Shown here piece by piece: positions 32,262 to 46,126 of a DNA stretch of 64,000 bases. The notes under the pieces are model-generated. The model worked only from the letters and a program-made list of their open reading frames with translations, had not been told where the DNA came from and made no database searches. Within the stretch, counting starts at the first letter, position 1; every line of letters starts with the position of its first letter. The position numbers and the translations under genes are program-made. Source of the DNA: a bacterium (GTDB lineage: Bacteria; UBA8248); NCBI GenBank assembly GCA_965213625.1, contig CBDBZU010000004.1, positions 3,904,001-3,968,000 on the forward strand, written 5' to 3'.

Positions 32262-32978
32262 TCAATTCCCTCGTGCAGCCCGTTTCGAAGCCTTGAGAGG
32301 ATTCAGACTCCTGGCCTGCTCTTTCGGTTTTTCAAGTCCGCCCCTGTTGCCCTTGACGCTCTTGCGCAAAATCACAAATCCATTGTTCGCCCCGGGCACG
32401 GCGCCTCTGAGCAGAAGCAAATTTTCCTCGGGGATGATGTCCACCACCAAAAGCCCCTGTGTGGTGACCTTCTCGTTCCCCATTTGTCCCGGCATCTTTT
32501 TGCCCTTGATAATTTTCGAGGGATACGCCGAAGCTCCCATCGCCCCCGGCAGGCGATCGAACATGCCGCCGTGAGAGGCCGGCCCGCCGCCGAATCCATG
32601 ACGCTTCATCACGCCGGCGAAGCCGCGTCCCTTGCTCGTACCCGTCACGTCGAGGCGATCACCGCGATCGAATATCGTCACGTCGATGAGGCTCCCGGCT
32701 TCGAGCTCGGCGTCCTCGTCCTCCAGTGGAACTTCCTTCAGATAGCGAAACGGCTGCGTACCCGCTTTCTGGAAATGGCCAAGGGCTGCTTTTGTGAGGC
32801 CCTTTTCCTTACGGGGCATATACCCGAGTTGAACGGCCGCATAGCCGTCTCTCTCTTCGGTTTTACGCTGCAAGACAGTGCAAGGGCCCGCTTCGACCAC
32901 CGTCACTGAAACCGCACCGCCATCCGGTGAAAACACCTGGGTCATCCCGACTTTTCGGCCAAGTAAAAATTCCATCAC
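32262..32978 (-). CDS. rplC: 50S ribosomal protein L3
   Basis: GRKVGMTQ, SKGRGFAGVMKRH, GAVPG. Confidence 0.97.
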   Translation of the reverse strand: MMEFLLGRKVGMTQVFSPDGGAVSVTVVEAGPCTVLQRKTEERDGYAAVQLGYMPRKEKGLTKAALGHFQKAGTQPFRYLKEVPLEDEDAELEAGSLIDVTIFDRGDRLDVTGTSKGRGFAGVMKRHGFGGGPASHGGMFDRLPGAMGASAYPSKIIKGKKMPGQMGNEKVTTQGLLVVDIIPEENLLLLRGAVPGANNGFVILRKSVKGNRGGLEKPKEQARSLNPLKASKRAARGN

Positions 32979-32988
32979 ATCATCCTGT

Positions 32989-33297
32989 CTAGTTCAGCTT
33001 GATCTCGACGTCCACGCCGGCGGCAAGCTCCAGCTTCATGAGCGCATCCACCGTCTGCTGCGTGGGCTCCATAATGTCCACGAGCCGCTTGTGCGTCCGG
33101 ATCTCGAACTGCTCTCTCGATTTCTTGTCAATGTGCGGGCCGCGCAACACCGTGTACTTGTTGATGGAAGTGGGCAGCGGCACAGGCCCCACCAGCGAAG
33201 CGCCCGTTCGCTTCACCGTATCGACAATCTCGCCCACGGACTGATCCAGCAAGCGATGATCGTATGCCTTCAGTCGAATCCGAATCTTCTGGCTCAT
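32989..33297 (-). CDS. rpsJ: 30S ribosomal protein S10
   Basis: [23 protein letters not shown]. Confidence 0.97.
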   Translation of the reverse strand: MSQKIRIRLKAYDHRLLDQSVGEIVDTVKRTGASLVGPVPLPTSINKYTVLRGPHIDKKSREQFEIRTHKRLVDIMEPTQQTVDALMKLELAAGVDVEIKLN

Positions 33298-33322
33298 CTT
33301 CTCGCCCTATCCTTCCGTCGCT

Positions 33323-34501
33323 CTACTCGACGACCTCTGTGACGACGCCGGCCCCTACCGTGCGGCCCCCCTCGCGTATCGCGAAGCGAAGCTCGCGCTC
33401 CATCGCTATCGGCGTTATCAACTCCACGTCCAGCGACACGTTGTCGCCCGGCATCACCATCTCACGACCCTCGGGCAGCGTCACCAGTCCCGTCACGTCC
33501 GTCGTACGGAAATAAAACTGCGGCCTGTAGCCGTTGAAAAACGGCGTGTGACGACCGCCCTCTTCTTTCGTCAGAATGTATACCTCGCCCTTGAACTTCA
33601 GGTGCGGCATGATCGAGGCAGGCTGCGCCAGCACCTGGCCGCGCTCTATCTCGTCTTTCTTCACGCCCCGGAGCAGTACGCCCACGTTGTCGCCCGCCTG
33701 ACCCTGGTCCAGGAGTTTCCGGAACATCTCCACGCCCGTCGCAACCGTCTTGCGCGTGTCCGTGATGCCCACTATCTCCACCTCATCGCCCACGTTCACG
33801 ATCCCCCGCTCCACGCGGCCCGTCGCCACCGTCCCGCGGCCCGATATCGAGAACACGTCCTCCACAGGCATCAGGAACGGCTTGTCCACGTCGCGCACCG
33901 GTTCCGGGATGTAGCCGTCCACCGCCTCCATCAAATCGTCTATCGAGGAGGTATCCGTCCCCTCCAGGGCGCGAAGCGCCGAACCCGGAACCACAGGTAT
34001 GTCGTCGCCCGGGAACTCATACGTCGAGAGCAACTCGCGGACTTCCAGCTCCACCAGCTCCAGAAGCTCCTCGTCGTCCACCATGTCCACCTTGTTCAGG
34101 TACACGCAGATGTAGGGAACACCCACCTGGCGAGCCAGCAATATGTGCTCGCGCGTCTGAGGCATCGGTCCGTCCGCCGCCGATACCACCAGGATCGCGC
34201 CGTCCATCTGCGCAGCGCCCGTTATCATGTTCTTCACGTAGTCCGCATGGCCCGGACAGTCAACGTGCGCGTAGTGGCGGTTGTCCGTCTCGTACTCCAC
34301 GTGCGCCGTCGCTATCGTGATCCCGCGCTCGCGCTCCTCGGGCGCCTTGTCGATCTCGTCGAATCCGATCTCCTCCGCCATCCCCTTCTGTGAGAGGTGC
34401 TTCGTGATCGCGGCCGTCAACGTCGTCTTCCCATGGTCCACGTGTCCTATCGTCCCTACGTTCACGTGCGGCTTCGTGCGCTCAAACTTCGCCTTCGCCA
34501 T
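33323..34501 (-). CDS. tuf: Elongation factor Tu (str operon copy)
   Basis: [21 protein letters not shown]. Confidence 0.98.
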   Translation of the reverse strand: MAKAKFERTKPHVNVGTIGHVDHGKTTLTAAITKHLSQKGMAEEIGFDEIDKAPEERERGITIATAHVEYETDNRHYAHVDCPGHADYVKNMITGAAQMDGAILVVSAADGPMPQTREHILLARQVGVPYICVYLNKVDMVDDEELLELVELEVRELLSTYEFPGDDIPVVPGSALRALEGTDTSSIDDLMEAVDGYIPEPVRDVDKPFLMPVEDVFSISGRGTVATGRVERGIVNVGDEVEIVGITDTRKTVATGVEMFRKLLDQGQAGDNVGVLLRGVKKDEIERGQVLAQPASIMPHLKFKGEVYILTKEEGGRHTPFFNGYRPQFYFRTTDVTGLVTLPEGREMVMPGDNVSLDVELITPIAMERELRFAIREGGRTVGAGVVTEVVE

Positions 34502-34571
34502 GGCTTGCCTTCTCCTTCTGATAGAAAATCAAAGAGGGCGGCTAACTCGCGCCCTCTCCAGAAATACCTTC

Positions 34572-36683
34572 CTAAACCGTTTCGACCGCCGTGCCTGCGT
34601 TTTTCGCCATCAGTTCCTCGGCAAGCTGCCGCGGCATCTCTTCATAGCGACCGAACTGCATCGTATAGGTCGCCCTGCCCTGAGTCATCGACCGTACGTC
34701 CGTCGCGTAACCGAACATTTCCGAGAGCGGAACGGAGGCGTTCACCACCTTGGCGCCCGCCCTGTCTTCCATCTCGCGAATCCGGCCGCGCCGGGAGGTG
34801 AGATCTCCCATTACATCGCCCAGAAAATCCGAGGGAGACACCACTTCCATATCCATGATGGGCTCGAGCAGAACGGGTTTCGCCTTCTTCGCGGCCTCCC
34901 TGAAAGCCATGGAGCCTGCGATTTTGAAGGCCACCTCGGAACTGTCGACCTGGTGGAACGAACCATCGAAAAGCGTCACCTCGATATCGAGCAACGGGTA
35001 TCCGGCCATAACCCCGTTTTCCATTGCTTCCCTGATGCCATTTTCGACCGCCGGTATGTATTCTCTTGGAATTACGCCACCCACGATCTTATTGACGAAC
35101 TGAAAGCCACCGCCCGGAGTGAGCGGCTTGATGGCAATCTCCACGTCCCCGAACTGCCCGCGACCGCCGGATTGGCGCACGAAACGACCGCGCGCGGTGG
35201 CCTCGGCCCGAATCGTCTCCCGATAGGCAACCTGGGGTTTACCCACGCTGGCCTCGAGCGCGAATTCGCGGAAGAGCCTGTCCACTAGAATTTCCAGGTG
35301 CAACTCTCCCATGCCGGAGAGGATGGTCTGCGCCGTTTCCTCGTCCGAACGCACCCGGAAGGTCGGGTCCTCATCCGAGAGCCTCGCCAGAGCATTGCCG
35401 AGCTTGTCCTGGTCGGATTTCGTTTTCGGCTCGATGGCGATGGAAATAACGGGTTCGGGAAAATTGATGCTTTCAAGAAGGATGGGGTGGGAGGGAGCAC
35501 AGAGGGTGTGGCCTGTTTTCGCCTGTTTGATGCCCAAGGCGGCGACGATATCGCCTGCATGGGCCTCCTGTATCTCCTCACGCTTGTTTGCGTGCATTCG
35601 CATGAGACGCCCTACGCGCTCCTGTTTGCCGGTAATCGTGTTCAATACGAAGGAACCCGATTTCAGCACACCGGAATAAATGCGTATAAATACCAATTGG
35701 CCCACATATGGGTCCGTCATTACCTTGAAAGTCAGCGCGCACAGCGGATCTTCGTCCGAGGGCGCTCTCTCTTCGGGCTTTCTGCCCAGTTCCAAATCTT
35801 CATCTGACAAGATTGCCTGAACGGGAGGAATTTCCAGAGGAGAGGGGAGATAGTCGATGATCGCGTCGAGCAGCAGCTGAACGCCCTTGTTCCTAAACGC
35901 GGAGCCGCATACGACAGGAACGAATTTTCCGCTGATCGTTCCCTGTCGAATCGCGGCCCGAATCTCCTCGGGAGAAATCTCCTCACCTTCCAAGTATTTC
36001 TCCATCAACGAATCATCGAACATCGAGAGCGTGTCGAAGAGCTTTTCTCTTAATTCTTCCGCTTCCGCCCTCAGATCCTCGGGCACTTCCGCCTCTCTGT
36101 AGGATGCGCCCATCGGATCGTCAAACACCCTCGCCTTCATCGTCACGATATCCACCATACCGGCGAAGTGCTCTTCCGCCCCGATCGGCAGTTGCAACAC
36201 GAGCGGGTTCGCGGCGAGACGTTCCCTTACTTCATTCACCACTCTTTGGAAATCCGCACCCGTCCTGTCCATCTTGTTGATGAACACGAGGCGTGGGACG
36301 CCGTATTTCTCCGCTTGGCGCCAGACTGTCTCGCTTTGAGGCTCTACGCCGCCTACGGCGCAAAACACCGCCACGGTGCCGTCCAGAACCCGAAGGCTCC
36401 TCTCCACCTCTGCCGTGAAATCCACATGGCCAGGCGTGTCGATGATGTTGATGACGTGATCGTTCCATGCGCAACGCGTTGCCGCGGAAGTGATTGTGAT
36501 GCCGCGCTCTTGTTCTTGCTCCATCCAGTCCATGGTGGCCGCGCCGTCATGAACCTCGCCCATCTTGTGGGTTCTGCCCGTGTAGAACAGGACGCGCTCG
36601 GTCGTCGTCGTCTTGCCGGCATCGATGTGCGCCATGATGCCGATGTTTCTCGTTTTCCTGAGCGCTTCGCCTGACACGGTCAA
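34572..36683 (-). CDS. fusA: Elongation factor G
   Basis: [24 protein letters not shown]. Confidence 0.98.
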   Translation of the reverse strand: MTVSGEALRKTRNIGIMAHIDAGKTTTTERVLFYTGRTHKMGEVHDGAATMDWMEQEQERGITITSAATRCAWNDHVINIIDTPGHVDFTAEVERSLRVLDGTVAVFCAVGGVEPQSETVWRQAEKYGVPRLVFINKMDRTGADFQRVVNEVRERLAANPLVLQLPIGAEEHFAGMVDIVTMKARVFDDPMGASYREAEVPEDLRAEAEELREKLFDTLSMFDDSLMEKYLEGEEISPEEIRAAIRQGTISGKFVPVVCGSAFRNKGVQLLLDAIIDYLPSPLEIPPVQAILSDEDLELGRKPEERAPSDEDPLCALTFKVMTDPYVGQLVFIRIYSGVLKSGSFVLNTITGKQERVGRLMRMHANKREEIQEAHAGDIVAALGIKQAKTGHTLCAPSHPILLESINFPEPVISIAIEPKTKSDQDKLGNALARLSDEDPTFRVRSDEETAQTILSGMGELHLEILVDRLFREFALEASVGKPQVAYRETIRAEATARGRFVRQSGGRGQFGDVEIAIKPLTPGGGFQFVNKIVGGVIPREYIPAVENGIREAMENGVMAGYPLLDIEVTLFDGSFHQVDSSEVAFKIAGSMAFREAAKKAKPVLLEPIMDMEVVSPSDFLGDVMGDLTSRRGRIREMEDRAGAKVVNASVPLSEMFGYATDVRSMTQGRATYTMQFGRYEEMPRQLAEELMAKNAGTAVETV

Positions 36684-36696
36684 TCCTTCCCTCAGC

Positions 36697-37164
36697 CTAC
36701 CAACGATAATGGGCGAAGGCTTTGTTCGCCTCCGCCATGCGGTGCGTGTTCTCTCTCAAGCGAACGGCGCCGCCCGTATCGTTTGCGGCGTCCATGATCT
36801 CGGCTGCGAGGCCGTTTGCTATCCTTCTGTCCCGGCTCCTGGCGTTCTGAATTATCCAGCGGATGCTGAGCGCCGTGCGCCTGTCGGGCCGCACTTCCAC
36901 GGGCACCTGATAGGTGGCGCCACCCACGCGCCTGGAGCGAACCTCAAGAGCAGGCTTCACGTTGTCCATGGCGCGCTTGAAGACCTTGATGGGATCTTCT
37001 TTCATCTTCTCTTCCACCACGTCCATCGCCCCGTAGAACACACGCTCGGCCAAACTCTTCTTCCCCTTGAGCATCAAGGAGTTGATGAACTTGGTCACCA
37101 GCCGGTCGTTGAACTTCGGATCCGGCAATACGGTTCTTTTCGTGGCTCTTTTTCTTCTCGCCAT
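36697..37164 (-). CDS. rpsG: 30S ribosomal protein S7
   Basis: [24 protein letters not shown]. Confidence 0.97.
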   Translation of the reverse strand: MARRKRATKRTVLPDPKFNDRLVTKFINSLMLKGKKSLAERVFYGAMDVVEEKMKEDPIKVFKRAMDNVKPALEVRSRRVGGATYQVPVEVRPDRRTALSIRWIIQNARSRDRRIANGLAAEIMDAANDTGGAVRLRENTHRMAEANKAFAHYRW

Positions 37165-37206
37165 GGAATAAGAATCTCCCTACTGTACCTTAAACGAGAA
37201 CGCCGC

Positions 37207-37578
37207 CTACCTCGGCTTTTTCGCCCCGTACTTGGAACGTCCGTTGCGGCGCGCCTCCACGCCCACGCTGTCCAGAGTTCCCCGGACGACGTGGTAACGA
37301 ATACCGGGCAAATCCTTCACGCGTCCGCCGCGAATCAATACGATGGAGTGTTCCTGAAGGTTGTGGCCCTCGCCCGGAATGTAGGTGGTCACCTCCATTC
37401 CGTTGGTGAGACGTACGCGCGCGACCTTCCGGAGCGCCGAGTTCGGCTTTTTGGGCGTCGTCGTATAGACACGCACGCAAACGCCGCGTTTCTGGGGACA
37501 ATTTCGCAGCGCCGGACTGTCGGTTTTCGTCTGGATCCGCTTGCGTCCCTTGCGTATCAACTGGCTGATCGTCGGCAC
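37207..37578 (-). CDS. rpsL: 30S ribosomal protein S12
   Basis: [19 protein letters not shown]; start GTG 37578 (or ATG 37581). Confidence 0.97.
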   Translation of the reverse strand: MPTISQLIRKGRKRIQTKTDSPALRNCPQKRGVCVRVYTTTPKKPNSALRKVARVRLTNGMEVTTYIPGEGHNLQEHSIVLIRGGRVKDLPGIRYHVVRGTLDSVGVEARRNGRSKYGAKKPR

Positions 37579-37780
37579 CATTTACTCCGAATCATGAGAA
37601 AGCCACCCCGAAAAAACCCTGCTCTTTCGAGACCAAAGCGTTCTTTGCCCTCATCTCGGGGCCTTTTATTTCGTCTTCGGCTGAATCCCGAGATGGGGCA
37701 GCCAAATATCTATAATTATTTCAATTACTTGCGAGGCTCTGCGACTTCAATAACCGCCCTCGCCAGACAACGAAGCGGCG

Positions 37781-37808
37781 ATTATAGCCCTACACGCGCT
37801 CATGTCAA
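37781..37808 (-). promoter_or_regulatory. sigma70 promoter of the str operon
   Basis: Consensus TTGACA-16 nt-TATAAT on the minus strand between rpoC and rpsL. Confidence 0.75.
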
Positions 37809-37843
37809 CCTCGCGCGTGGAAAAATTTACATATTTCAAGGGG

Positions 37844-40800
37844 TTATTCCGAGGGCACCCCTTCTTCCGCCGTGGGGGCCGTTTCCTCTTCCTCGTCCAC
37901 GATCGCGGGAATATCATCGCCGATGGGCGCAAGCTCCACCTCGGGGGAGAGAAGCTCCACCTGCTGGTAGCGGCGCGCGCCGGTGCCGGCCGGAATCAGC
38001 CTGCCCATGATGACGTTTTCCTTGAGACCGCGCAGGAAATCCACCTTGCCGGAAACTGCGGCTTGCGTGAGAACGCGGGTGGTCTCCTGGAAGGAAGCCG
38101 CCGAGATGAAGCTGTCCGTCGACAGGGAGGCGCGGGTGATGCCGAGCAAAATAGGCCGGCCCGTAGCTGGGGTTTTCCCCTCTTCCTCAGCCTCCTGGTT
38201 GCGCCGCTGGAAGAGATCGCGCGTCACCTGTTCACCGATGACGAGGTCGGTTTCTCCCGGATCAACGACTTCGAGCCTTCTGAGCATCTGCCGCACGATG
38301 ATCTCGATGTGCTTGTCGTTGATGTTCACGCCCTGGAGGCGATACACCTCCTGCACCTCGTTGACGAGATAGTTCTGTAATTCATTCTCACCGAGCACCG
38401 CCAGGATGTCGTGCGGATTCACGGCGCCGTCCATGAGCGGCTCGCCCGCCCTCACGAAATCGCCTTCCTGCACGTTCACGTGCTTGCCCCGGGGGATGAG
38501 GTACTCGCGCTCATCGCCTTCCTCGGAAACAACCATGAGGCGGCGCATGCCCCGCAGCGTGCCGGCGAACTTAACGTGCCCGTTGATCTCGGAGATCACG
38601 GCGTTCTCCTTGGGCTTGCGCGCTTCAAACAACTCGGCGACGCGCGGCAGGCCGCCCGTGATGTCCTTGGTTTTGGACGTTTCGCGCGTGATCTTGAAAA
38701 TGATGTCGCCGGCGGAGATCGCCTCCCCCTCCTGGACGCTGATGTGCGCGCCGGCAGGCAGGGGGTATACGGAGATTTGCTCGCCCGCGGCATCGAGCAA
38801 TGCGGCGCGCGGCTGTAGTTTCTCATCGGCGTGATCGAGGATCACACGACGCGAGAGACCGGTGATCTCATCGATCTCCTCCTGCATCGTGAGACCTTCA
38901 ATGACGTCGAGCAGGGCGATGCTCCCCTCTTTTTCCGCCATTATCGAGAATGTATAGGGATCCCACTCGAGGAGTATCTCGCCCTCGCTTACCCTGGAAT
39001 TCTCCCGCGAGCGGACATAGGCGCCGTAGACCACGGGGTAGCGCTCGCGTTCGCGGCCCGTCTCGTCGCAGATGGCAATCTGTCCGTTGCGGTTCATGTT
39101 GATGAGATCACCCTTCTTGCTCGTGATGATCCGCAAGTTGATGTATTTAACGAAACCCTCGCGCTTGGCCTCCACCGTACTCTGCTCGCCCGCGCGCGTG
39201 GCCGTTCCGCCAATGTGGAACGTACGCATGGTGAGCTGCGTGCCCGGTTCGCCGATGGACTGGGCGGCAATGACGCCGACCGCCTCTCCAACCTCAACGA
39301 GCTGACCCGTGGCCAGACTCCGGCCATAGCATTTCGAGCAAACGCCCGAGTGGGACTCACACGTGAGCACCGAGCGAATCGTGACTCTCTCCACACCAGC
39401 GTTTTCGATAAGGCGAACCTTCTCCTCGTTGATTTCCTCACTCGCCGCGCAGAGAACCTCGTTGTTGAAGGGGTCCCGGATATCGTTCAGGGCGATCCGG
39501 CCGATGATGCGCTCGCCCAGCGTCTGGATGATCTCGCCTCCCTCGACGAGGGCGCTCATCTCGATGCCGTTGATGGTTCCGCAGTCTTCCTCGTTTATGA
39601 TGATGTCCTGGGCCACGTCGACAAGCCGGCGCGTCAGATATCCGCTGTTCGCCGTCTTGAGCGCGGTGTCCGCCAATCCCTTGCGCGCGCCGTGCGTGGA
39701 TATGAAGTACTGGAGCACCGAGAGACCCTCTCGGAAGTTCGCCGTGATCGGCGTTTCGATGATCTCGCCCGATGGTTTGGCCATCAGACCCCGCATGCCG
39801 CCGAGCTGACGTAACTGGGCCGTGCTGCCGCGCGCGCCCGAGTCGGCCATGATGTAGATGGGGTTGAAGTCAAACGGCTGGCCGTCATCGCCGCCCGGCC
39901 CGCTCATCGCAGATTCATCTTCTTCTTCGAGCACTTTGAACATTTCGCCCGAGACCTCCTCGGTCACGTGCGACCAGATGTCGATGATCTTGTTGTATCG
40001 TTCTCCATCCGTAATCAGGCCGTCGCGGTACTCTTTTTCGACCTCGAGCACCTCGCCCCGGGCATCCTCCGTGAGTCCGCCCTTGCTGAACGGCACCTTC
40101 ATATCGTCGATGGAGATGGAGATGCCCGCCTGGGTGGCGTGCGTGAAGCCGAGGTTCTTTAGCGCATCCAGGAACGTGACTGTCTTCGAGCGGCCCGCTT
40201 TCTCGTAGCAGGTGGCGACGAGGCTCGTGAGCGCGCGCTTGTCCATGACGCAGTTCGCCGCCTCGAAAGGAACACCATCGGGCAAAATCTCGTACAAGAG
40301 AACCCGTCCGACGGTGGTTTCCACCAATTCGTCTCCCAGACGTATCCGGATGCGCGTCTGCAGGCCCACCTCACCCTGGTCGAATGCAACTCTCGCCTCG
40401 TTCACGTTGCCGAACACGTGGCCCTCGCCCTTGGAGCCGCCGCGCGGCTTCGTCAGGTAATAACAGCCCAGAATGATGTCCTGGCTGGGCACAGCCAGAG
40501 GCATACCGTTCGCCGGCGAGAGAATGTTGTTCGCCGAGAGCATCAGCACGCGCGTCTCCTCAACGGCCTCCACCGAAAGGGGCACGTGCACCGCCATCTG
40601 GTCGCCGTCGAAATCCGCGTTGAACGCCGCGCAAACGAGAGGATGCACGCGAATGGCCTTGCCCTCCACCAGAACCGGCATGAAAGCCTGCATGCCGAGG
40701 CGGTGCAGCGTGGGCGCGCGATTGAGTATTACCGGATGGTTGCGAACCACATCTTCGAGCACGTCCCAAACCTCGGGGCGCTCCTCCTCGACCATCTTCT

Positions 40801-41995
40801 TGGCCGCCTTGATGGTGGCGACCAAGCCTTTCTCCTCCAAGCGATTGAAAATGAAAGGTTTGAATAGTTCAAGCGCCATCTTTTTCGGGAGCCCGCACTG
40901 GTTGAACTTGAGTTCCGGGCCGATGACGATGACCGAGCGGCCCGAATAATCCACCCGCTTGCCCAGCAGATTCTGGCGGAAGCGGCCCTGTTTTCCCTTG
41001 AGCATGTCGGAGAGGCTCTTGAGAGGACGCTTGTTCGGACCCCGAAGCAAGCGACCCCTGCGGCCATTGTCGAACAGGGCGTCCACCGCTTCCTGGAGCA
41101 TGCGCTTCTCGTTTCGGATGATGATGTCCGGCGCCCGCAATTCCTGAAGCCTGAGCAACCTGTTGTTGCGGTTGATCACCCGGCGGTAGAGATCATTCAG
41201 ATCGCTCGTGGCAAAGCGCCCGCCGTCGAGCGGCACCAGGGGCCTGAGTTCGGGCGGCAACACCGGAATTACTTCGAGTATCATCCACTCTGCGCGGTTG
41301 CCCGAATTCTTGAATGAATCGACCACCTTCAAGCGCTTGATGAGCTTGCGGCGTTTTTGAAGATTCGAGGTGTCGCGGATATCCGCCTTGAGCTCCGCCG
41401 AGAGCGCTTCCAGCTCCAACTGAGAGAGCAGTTCGCGAATCGCCTCCGCGCCGATGCCGATTTTATATTCGTCCTCGTCGTATTCCTCATCAACCTTACG
41501 GAATTGATCTTCGGTGAGGAGTTCTAATTTCTTCAGTTCCGTCTCGCCCGGATCGATGACGACGTAGTTCTCGAAATAGAGAATCCGCTCGAGCTCGCGA
41601 AGCGTCATGTCGAGCATGTTGCCGATTCGGCTGGGCAGACCCTTGAAGAACCATACGTGAGAGACCGGAGTGGCCAGTTCGATGTGGCCCAGACGCTCTC
41701 GCCGCACTTTCGAGGATATGACCTCTACGCCGCATTTCTCGCAAACCACACCCCTGTACTTCATTCGCTTGTACTTGCCGCAAAGGCATTCGTAATCCTT
41801 CACGGGGCCGAATATGACCGCGCAGAACAGTCCGTCCCGCTCGGGTCGGAACGTCCGGTAGTTGATGGTCTCGGGTTTTTTCACCTCGCCCGAAGACCAG
41901 GCGCGAATGGTATGCGGAGAAGCGATGCGAATGCGTATCGCGTCGAAAGATACCGGATCCTTGGGCTTTTCGAATAGATTCAAGTTGCTGTCCAA
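37844..41995 (-). CDS. rpoC: RNA polymerase beta-prime subunit
   Basis: [26 protein letters not shown]; likely TTG start at 41995 after AAGGAGG. Confidence 0.98.
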   Translation of the reverse strand: MDSNLNLFEKPKDPVSFDAIRIRIASPHTIRAWSSGEVKKPETINYRTFRPERDGLFCAVIFGPVKDYECLCGKYKRMKYRGVVCEKCGVEVISSKVRRERLGHIELATPVSHVWFFKGLPSRIGNMLDMTLRELERILYFENYVVIDPGETELKKLELLTEDQFRKVDEEYDEDEYKIGIGAEAIRELLSQLELEALSAELKADIRDTSNLQKRRKLIKRLKVVDSFKNSGNRAEWMILEVIPVLPPELRPLVPLDGGRFATSDLNDLYRRVINRNNRLLRLQELRAPDIIIRNEKRMLQEAVDALFDNGRRGRLLRGPNKRPLKSLSDMLKGKQGRFRQNLLGKRVDYSGRSVIVIGPELKFNQCGLPKKMALELFKPFIFNRLEEKGLVATIKAAKKMVEEERPEVWDVLEDVVRNHPVILNRAPTLHRLGMQAFMPVLVEGKAIRVHPLVCAAFNADFDGDQMAVHVPLSVEAVEETRVLMLSANNILSPANGMPLAVPSQDIILGCYYLTKPRGGSKGEGHVFGNVNEARVAFDQGEVGLQTRIRIRLGDELVETTVGRVLLYEILPDGVPFEAANCVMDKRALTSLVATCYEKAGRSKTVTFLDALKNLGFTHATQAGISISIDDMKVPFSKGGLTEDARGEVLEVEKEYRDGLITDGERYNKIIDIWSHVTEEVSGEMFKVLEEEDESAMSGPGGDDGQPFDFNPIYIMADSGARGSTAQLRQLGGMRGLMAKPSGEIIETPITANFREGLSVLQYFISTHGARKGLADTALKTANSGYLTRRLVDVAQDIIINEEDCGTINGIEMSALVEGGEIIQTLGERIIGRIALNDIRDPFNNEVLCAASEEINEEKVRLIENAGVERVTIRSVLTCESHSGVCSKCYGRSLATGQLVEVGEAVGVIAAQSIGEPGTQLTMRTFHIGGTATRAGEQSTVEAKREGFVKYINLRIITSKKGDLINMNRNGQIAICDETGRERERYPVVYGAYVRSRENSRVSEGEILLEWDPYTFSIMAEKEGSIALLDVIEGLTMQEEIDEITGLSRRVILDHADEKLQPRAALLDAAGEQISVYPLPAGAHISVQEGEAISAGDIIFKITRETSKTKDITGGLPRVAELFEARKPKENAVISEINGHVKFAGTLRGMRRLMVVSEEGDEREYLIPRGKHVNVQEGDFVRAGEPLMDGAVNPHDILAVLGENELQNYLVNEVQEVYRLQGVNINDKHIEIIVRQMLRRLEVVDPGETDLVIGEQVTRDLFQRRNQEAEEEGKTPATGRPILLGITRASLSTDSFISAASFQETTRVLTQAAVSGKVDFLRGLKENVIMGRLIPAGTGARRYQQVELLSPEVELAPIGDDIPAIVDEEEETAPTAEEGVPSE

Positions 41996-42079
41996 TTCAA
42001 CCCTCCTTGGGAGTATGCGCCTCATCCCTTGGGCGACGGTCGATGGAACCGCCGAACAAACAGACTCAATAGTTCAAGG

Positions 42080-45000
42080 CTAGCTCGGCGCCTCGCCGCT
42101 CTCTATCAATTCGACATCGAGAGCGAGACTCTGGAGCTCTTTCATCAACACGTTGAAGGACTCGGGCAAACTCGCCTCCAGCGAGTTCTCGCCCTTCACG
42201 ATGGACTCGTAAATCCGCGTGCGTCCGGAGACATCGTCGCTCTTCACCGTCAGTATCTCCTGCAACGTCTTGGCGGCGCCGTAGGCCTCAAGCGCCCAGA
42301 CCTCCATCTCGCCGAGGCGCTGTCCGCCGAATTGCGCCTTGCCGCCGAGAGGCTGCTGCGTCACCAATGAGTAGGGGCCGGTCGAGCGCGCGTGAATCTT
42401 GTCGTCAACAAGATGGTGGAGTTTGAGCATGTAGATCATCCCCACCGTAACCTTTTGCTCGAAGGACTGGCCGGTTTTGCCGTCATAGAGCTGGGTTTTG
42501 CCATAAGGCGGGAGTTCGGCCTCTTCCGTATAGCGGACGATGTCCTGCTCCGTCGCGCCGTCGAACACCGGCGTCGCGAAATGCTTGCCCAGCACCTTCG
42601 CGGCCCACCCCAGGTTCGTCTCCAGAATCTGGCCGACGTTCATGCGCGAGGGTACGCCGAGGGGGTTGAGCACGATTTCGATGGGCGTGCCGTCGTCGAG
42701 ATAGGGCATATCCTCCTCGGGAACGATGATGGACACGACGCCCTTGTTGCCGTGGCGGCCCGCCATTTTGTCGCCCACCTGGAGCTTGCGCTTCATCGCC
42801 ACGTAGACCTTCGCCATCTTGAGAACACCGGGAGGAAGCTCGTCGCCGCGCTGAAGCTTGGCTATCTTCTCCTGCAAAATACTGTCGAGCAACTCCACTT
42901 GCTCGTTCGTGTGCTCGGACATGGTCTTGACCTGTTCGAGCAACTCGTTTTCGACGGGAAGGTTCAGGAGGTAGTCGCCGCTGAAACTCGCGAGACCCTC
43001 CGCGTTGAGTTTTTCACCCTTTTTGAAATAGCTCTCGCCCGATCGGGGGTGAACCACATCTGCGAGAGCGAGCTGCCCGATGAGCAGAGAGCGGATTCTC
43101 GCGTCACCCTCTTCGAGGAGAATGCGGATTTCATCCCCGTAATCTTTCTCCAGCCTGTTGACCTCCGCCTCCTCGATCTGAAGCATGCGGGCATCCTTCT
43201 CGGCGCCCCGCCTGGAGAATACGCGCACCTCCACGACCGTACCCTCGATTCCCGGAGGCACCCTGAGTGAAGAGTCGCGGACGTCGCCCGCCTTCTCACC
43301 GAAGATGGCGCGCAGCAGTTTCTCCTCGGGGCTGAGCTGCGTCTCTCCTTTTGGCGTGATGCGCCCTACGAGCACGTCTCCCGGGTTGACCCGCGCGCCC
43401 ACGCGAACGATTCCGCTCTCATCGAGGTCGCGCAGCGCCTCTTCGCTCTGATTCGGAATGTCGCGCGTTATTTCTTCGGGGCCTTGTTTCGTGTCGCGCG
43501 CCTCGATCTCGAACTCTTCGATGTGCAAGGAGGTATAAATGTCTTCCTTCACCACCTTTTCGGAAATGACGATGGCATCCTCGAAGTTGTAGCCGTTCCA
43601 GGGCATGAAGGCGACGAGCATGTTTCTCCCCAGAGCAAGCTCACCCTGGTCGGTGGAGAATCCATCCGCGATGATGTCGCCCTGCTTCACATCCTGTCCG
43701 ACGTGCACGATGGGTTTTTGGTTGATGCAGGTGTTCTGGTTCGAACGGCGATACTTCACCAGGTTGTGGATGTAGACGCCCTCTTCGGCCAGGTTGCCTG
43801 CCTGCTCTTTCGCGCGAATCACGATTCGGGTCGCATCCACGCTCGCCACCCGGCCGTCGCACTGCGCGATGACGACCGCGCCCGAATCCCTCGCCGCGAT
43901 GCCCTCCATGCCGGTGCCGACGTAGGGCGCCTCGGGCCGCAGCAGGGGAACCGCCTGGCGCTGCATGTTCGAACCCATGAGCGCGCGGTTCGCGTCATCA
44001 TTCTCCAGGAACGGAATCAGGGAGGTGGCCACGCTCACCAACTGCTTGGGCGAGACGTCCATGTAGTCCACCTGCTCACGGGGCACCATGACGAACTCAC
44101 CGCTCGTCCTCGCCGAGACGAACTCGTTGACGAGGTTGCCCTTATCGTCCACGGGCGCGTTCGCCTGGGCGATCTTGTACTTGTCTTCGTCGATCGCCGA
44201 GAGCCATTCGACGGATTCGCCCACGCGCCCGTTCACCACCTTGCGGCAAGGGGTTTCGATGAACCCGTACTGGTTCACGCGCGCATATGTGGAGAGACTC
44301 GCTATCAGCCCGATGTTCGGCCCCTCAGGCGTCTCGATGGGGCAAATGCGTCCGTAGTGAGTGGCATGGACGTCACGCACCTCGAAACCCGCCCGATCGC
44401 GCGTCAAGCCGCCGGGGCCCAAGGCCGAGAGCCTGCGCTTGTGGGTGATCTCCGAGAGGGGATTCGTCTGGTCCATGAACTGGCTCAACTGGCTGGAGCC
44501 GAAAAATTCTTTCACCGCCGCCGTAATCATCTTGGAGTTGACCAGATCGCGCACCATCAGGTTCTCCATGTCCTGGATGCTCAGCCGTTCGCGAATGGCG
44601 CGCTCCATGCGCACGAGACCGACACGGAACTGGCTTTCGAGCAACTCGCCCACGGAGCGTACACGCCGGTTGCCGAGATGATCGATGTCGTCCACCGCGC
44701 CCTGGCCGTGGCGAAGTTCGATGATGTAGCGAACCGTGGCGATGACGTCGTTGAGCGTCAGGGTTCTCTGGTCCAGCGGCAGGTTCAGGCCCAGCTTCGT
44801 GTTCAGTTTCAGCCGCCCGATGCGCGACAAGTCGTATCGTTTCGAATTGAAAAAGAGATTTTCGAAGAGCAGCCGCGCCGTTTCCTTCGTCGGCGGATCG
44901 CCCGGGCGTAGGCGCTTGTAAATTTCGACGAGAGCGTCTTCTTGCGTATCGCATTTATCCGACGTCAGGGTGTCGCGGATGGTCCTGTCCGCGCCGACGC

Positions 45001-46126
45001 CGGAGACGTAGAGAATCGCCAGCTTGGGGATTTTCTTGTCACGCAGGGCTGCGAGAACTTCAGAGGTGATCTCGAGGTTCGTGTCGAAGAGCACCTCGCC
45101 GGTTTCAGGATCGGCCACCGGCTGGGCAAGTATGCCCCCGACGACTTCCTCATCCTTGAGTTCGAGGGTCTCCACACCCGCAGACTGGAGCTTCCGAAGC
45201 GCGGCGCGCGTGAACTTTCGGCCCGCACGCAGAACAAGCTCGCCCGACTCGGGCAGAACGATGTCTTCGTATATCCTCTGGTTCACCATGAGTTCGGAGA
45301 GTTTCTTGTAGTAGATGTCCCTCTTCTCGTCGTAGAAGAGTTCCTCGCTCTGGTAGAAGGAATTGAGGATGTCGTCTTTGTCCAGGCCGAACGCGCGCAG
45401 CAGGATGGTGACGGGAAGCTTGCGCCGCCTGTCAATTCGGACGAAGAGCAATTCCTTGCTGTCGAACTCGAAGTCCAGCCAGCTTCCCCGGTAGGGGATG
45501 AGTCTGGCCGTGAAGGCCGATTTGGCGGTGGGCTTCGCCTTGTCCGCGCTGAAGAAAGCACCGGGAGAGCGGTGCATCTGGCTGACGACGACCCGCTCCG
45601 TGCCGTTGATGATAAAGGTGCCGTTCTCCGTCATCAGGGGGATTTCCCCCAGATACACCTTTTGCTCCTTCACCTCGCGGACGCGGCGCTCCTTGGTCAG
45701 TTCGTCATTCTCATACACAGTGAGGCGCAGCATGACGCGCAGGGGCGCGACGTAGGTCATCCCTCTCTGGCGGCATTCATCCGCCTCGTGTTTTTGCCGG
45801 CAGAATATCTCCACCCCGTCGTCGTCCTTGATACCGGGGCCGCCAAGGTTGGGATATTCGTTGCCCTTCGACTCCCAGATGCCTATTTCATAGCCGAGAT
45901 ATTCGAGCGTAACGTTCTCGGCGGCATCGGAGATGGGGAAGACGCTGCGAAACACGCCTTCGAGCCCCTCGTCCGTACGGCGCTCGGAGGGGTCTGCATC
46001 CCATTGAAGGAACCGCTCGTAGGAGGAAAGTTGAATGTCGATCAAATTCGGAATATCGATAACCGCAGGTATAGAGGCGAAATCCTCACGAACCCGACGG
46101 CCGTTCTTGCCATTTTTTCCATTCAT
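42080..46126 (-). CDS. rpoB: RNA polymerase beta subunit
   Basis: [30 protein letters not shown]. Confidence 0.98.
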   Translation of the reverse strand: MNGKNGKNGRRVREDFASIPAVIDIPNLIDIQLSSYERFLQWDADPSERRTDEGLEGVFRSVFPISDAAENVTLEYLGYEIGIWESKGNEYPNLGGPGIKDDDGVEIFCRQKHEADECRQRGMTYVAPLRVMLRLTVYENDELTKERRVREVKEQKVYLGEIPLMTENGTFIINGTERVVVSQMHRSPGAFFSADKAKPTAKSAFTARLIPYRGSWLDFEFDSKELLFVRIDRRRKLPVTILLRAFGLDKDDILNSFYQSEELFYDEKRDIYYKKLSELMVNQRIYEDIVLPESGELVLRAGRKFTRAALRKLQSAGVETLELKDEEVVGGILAQPVADPETGEVLFDTNLEITSEVLAALRDKKIPKLAILYVSGVGADRTIRDTLTSDKCDTQEDALVEIYKRLRPGDPPTKETARLLFENLFFNSKRYDLSRIGRLKLNTKLGLNLPLDQRTLTLNDVIATVRYIIELRHGQGAVDDIDHLGNRRVRSVGELLESQFRVGLVRMERAIRERLSIQDMENLMVRDLVNSKMITAAVKEFFGSSQLSQFMDQTNPLSEITHKRRLSALGPGGLTRDRAGFEVRDVHATHYGRICPIETPEGPNIGLIASLSTYARVNQYGFIETPCRKVVNGRVGESVEWLSAIDEDKYKIAQANAPVDDKGNLVNEFVSARTSGEFVMVPREQVDYMDVSPKQLVSVATSLIPFLENDDANRALMGSNMQRQAVPLLRPEAPYVGTGMEGIAARDSGAVVIAQCDGRVASVDATRIVIRAKEQAGNLAEEGVYIHNLVKYRRSNQNTCINQKPIVHVGQDVKQGDIIADGFSTDQGELALGRNMLVAFMPWNGYNFEDAIVISEKVVKEDIYTSLHIEEFEIEARDTKQGPEEITRDIPNQSEEALRDLDESGIVRVGARVNPGDVLVGRITPKGETQLSPEEKLLRAIFGEKAGDVRDSSLRVPPGIEGTVVEVRVFSRRGAEKDARMLQIEEAEVNRLEKDYGDEIRILLEEGDARIRSLLIGQLALADVVHPRSGESYFKKGEKLNAEGLASFSGDYLLNLPVENELLEQVKTMSEHTNEQVELLDSILQEKIAKLQRGDELPPGVLKMAKVYVAMKRKLQVGDKMAGRHGNKGVVSIIVPEEDMPYLDDGTPIEIVLNPLGVPSRMNVGQILETNLGWAAKVLGKHFATPVFDGATEQDIVRYTEEAELPPYGKTQLYDGKTGQSFEQKVTVGMIYMLKLHHLVDDKIHARSTGPYSLVTQQPLGGKAQFGGQRLGEMEVWALEAYGAAKTLQEILTVKSDDVSGRTRIYESIVKGENSLEASLPESFNVLMKELQSLALDVELIESGEAPS

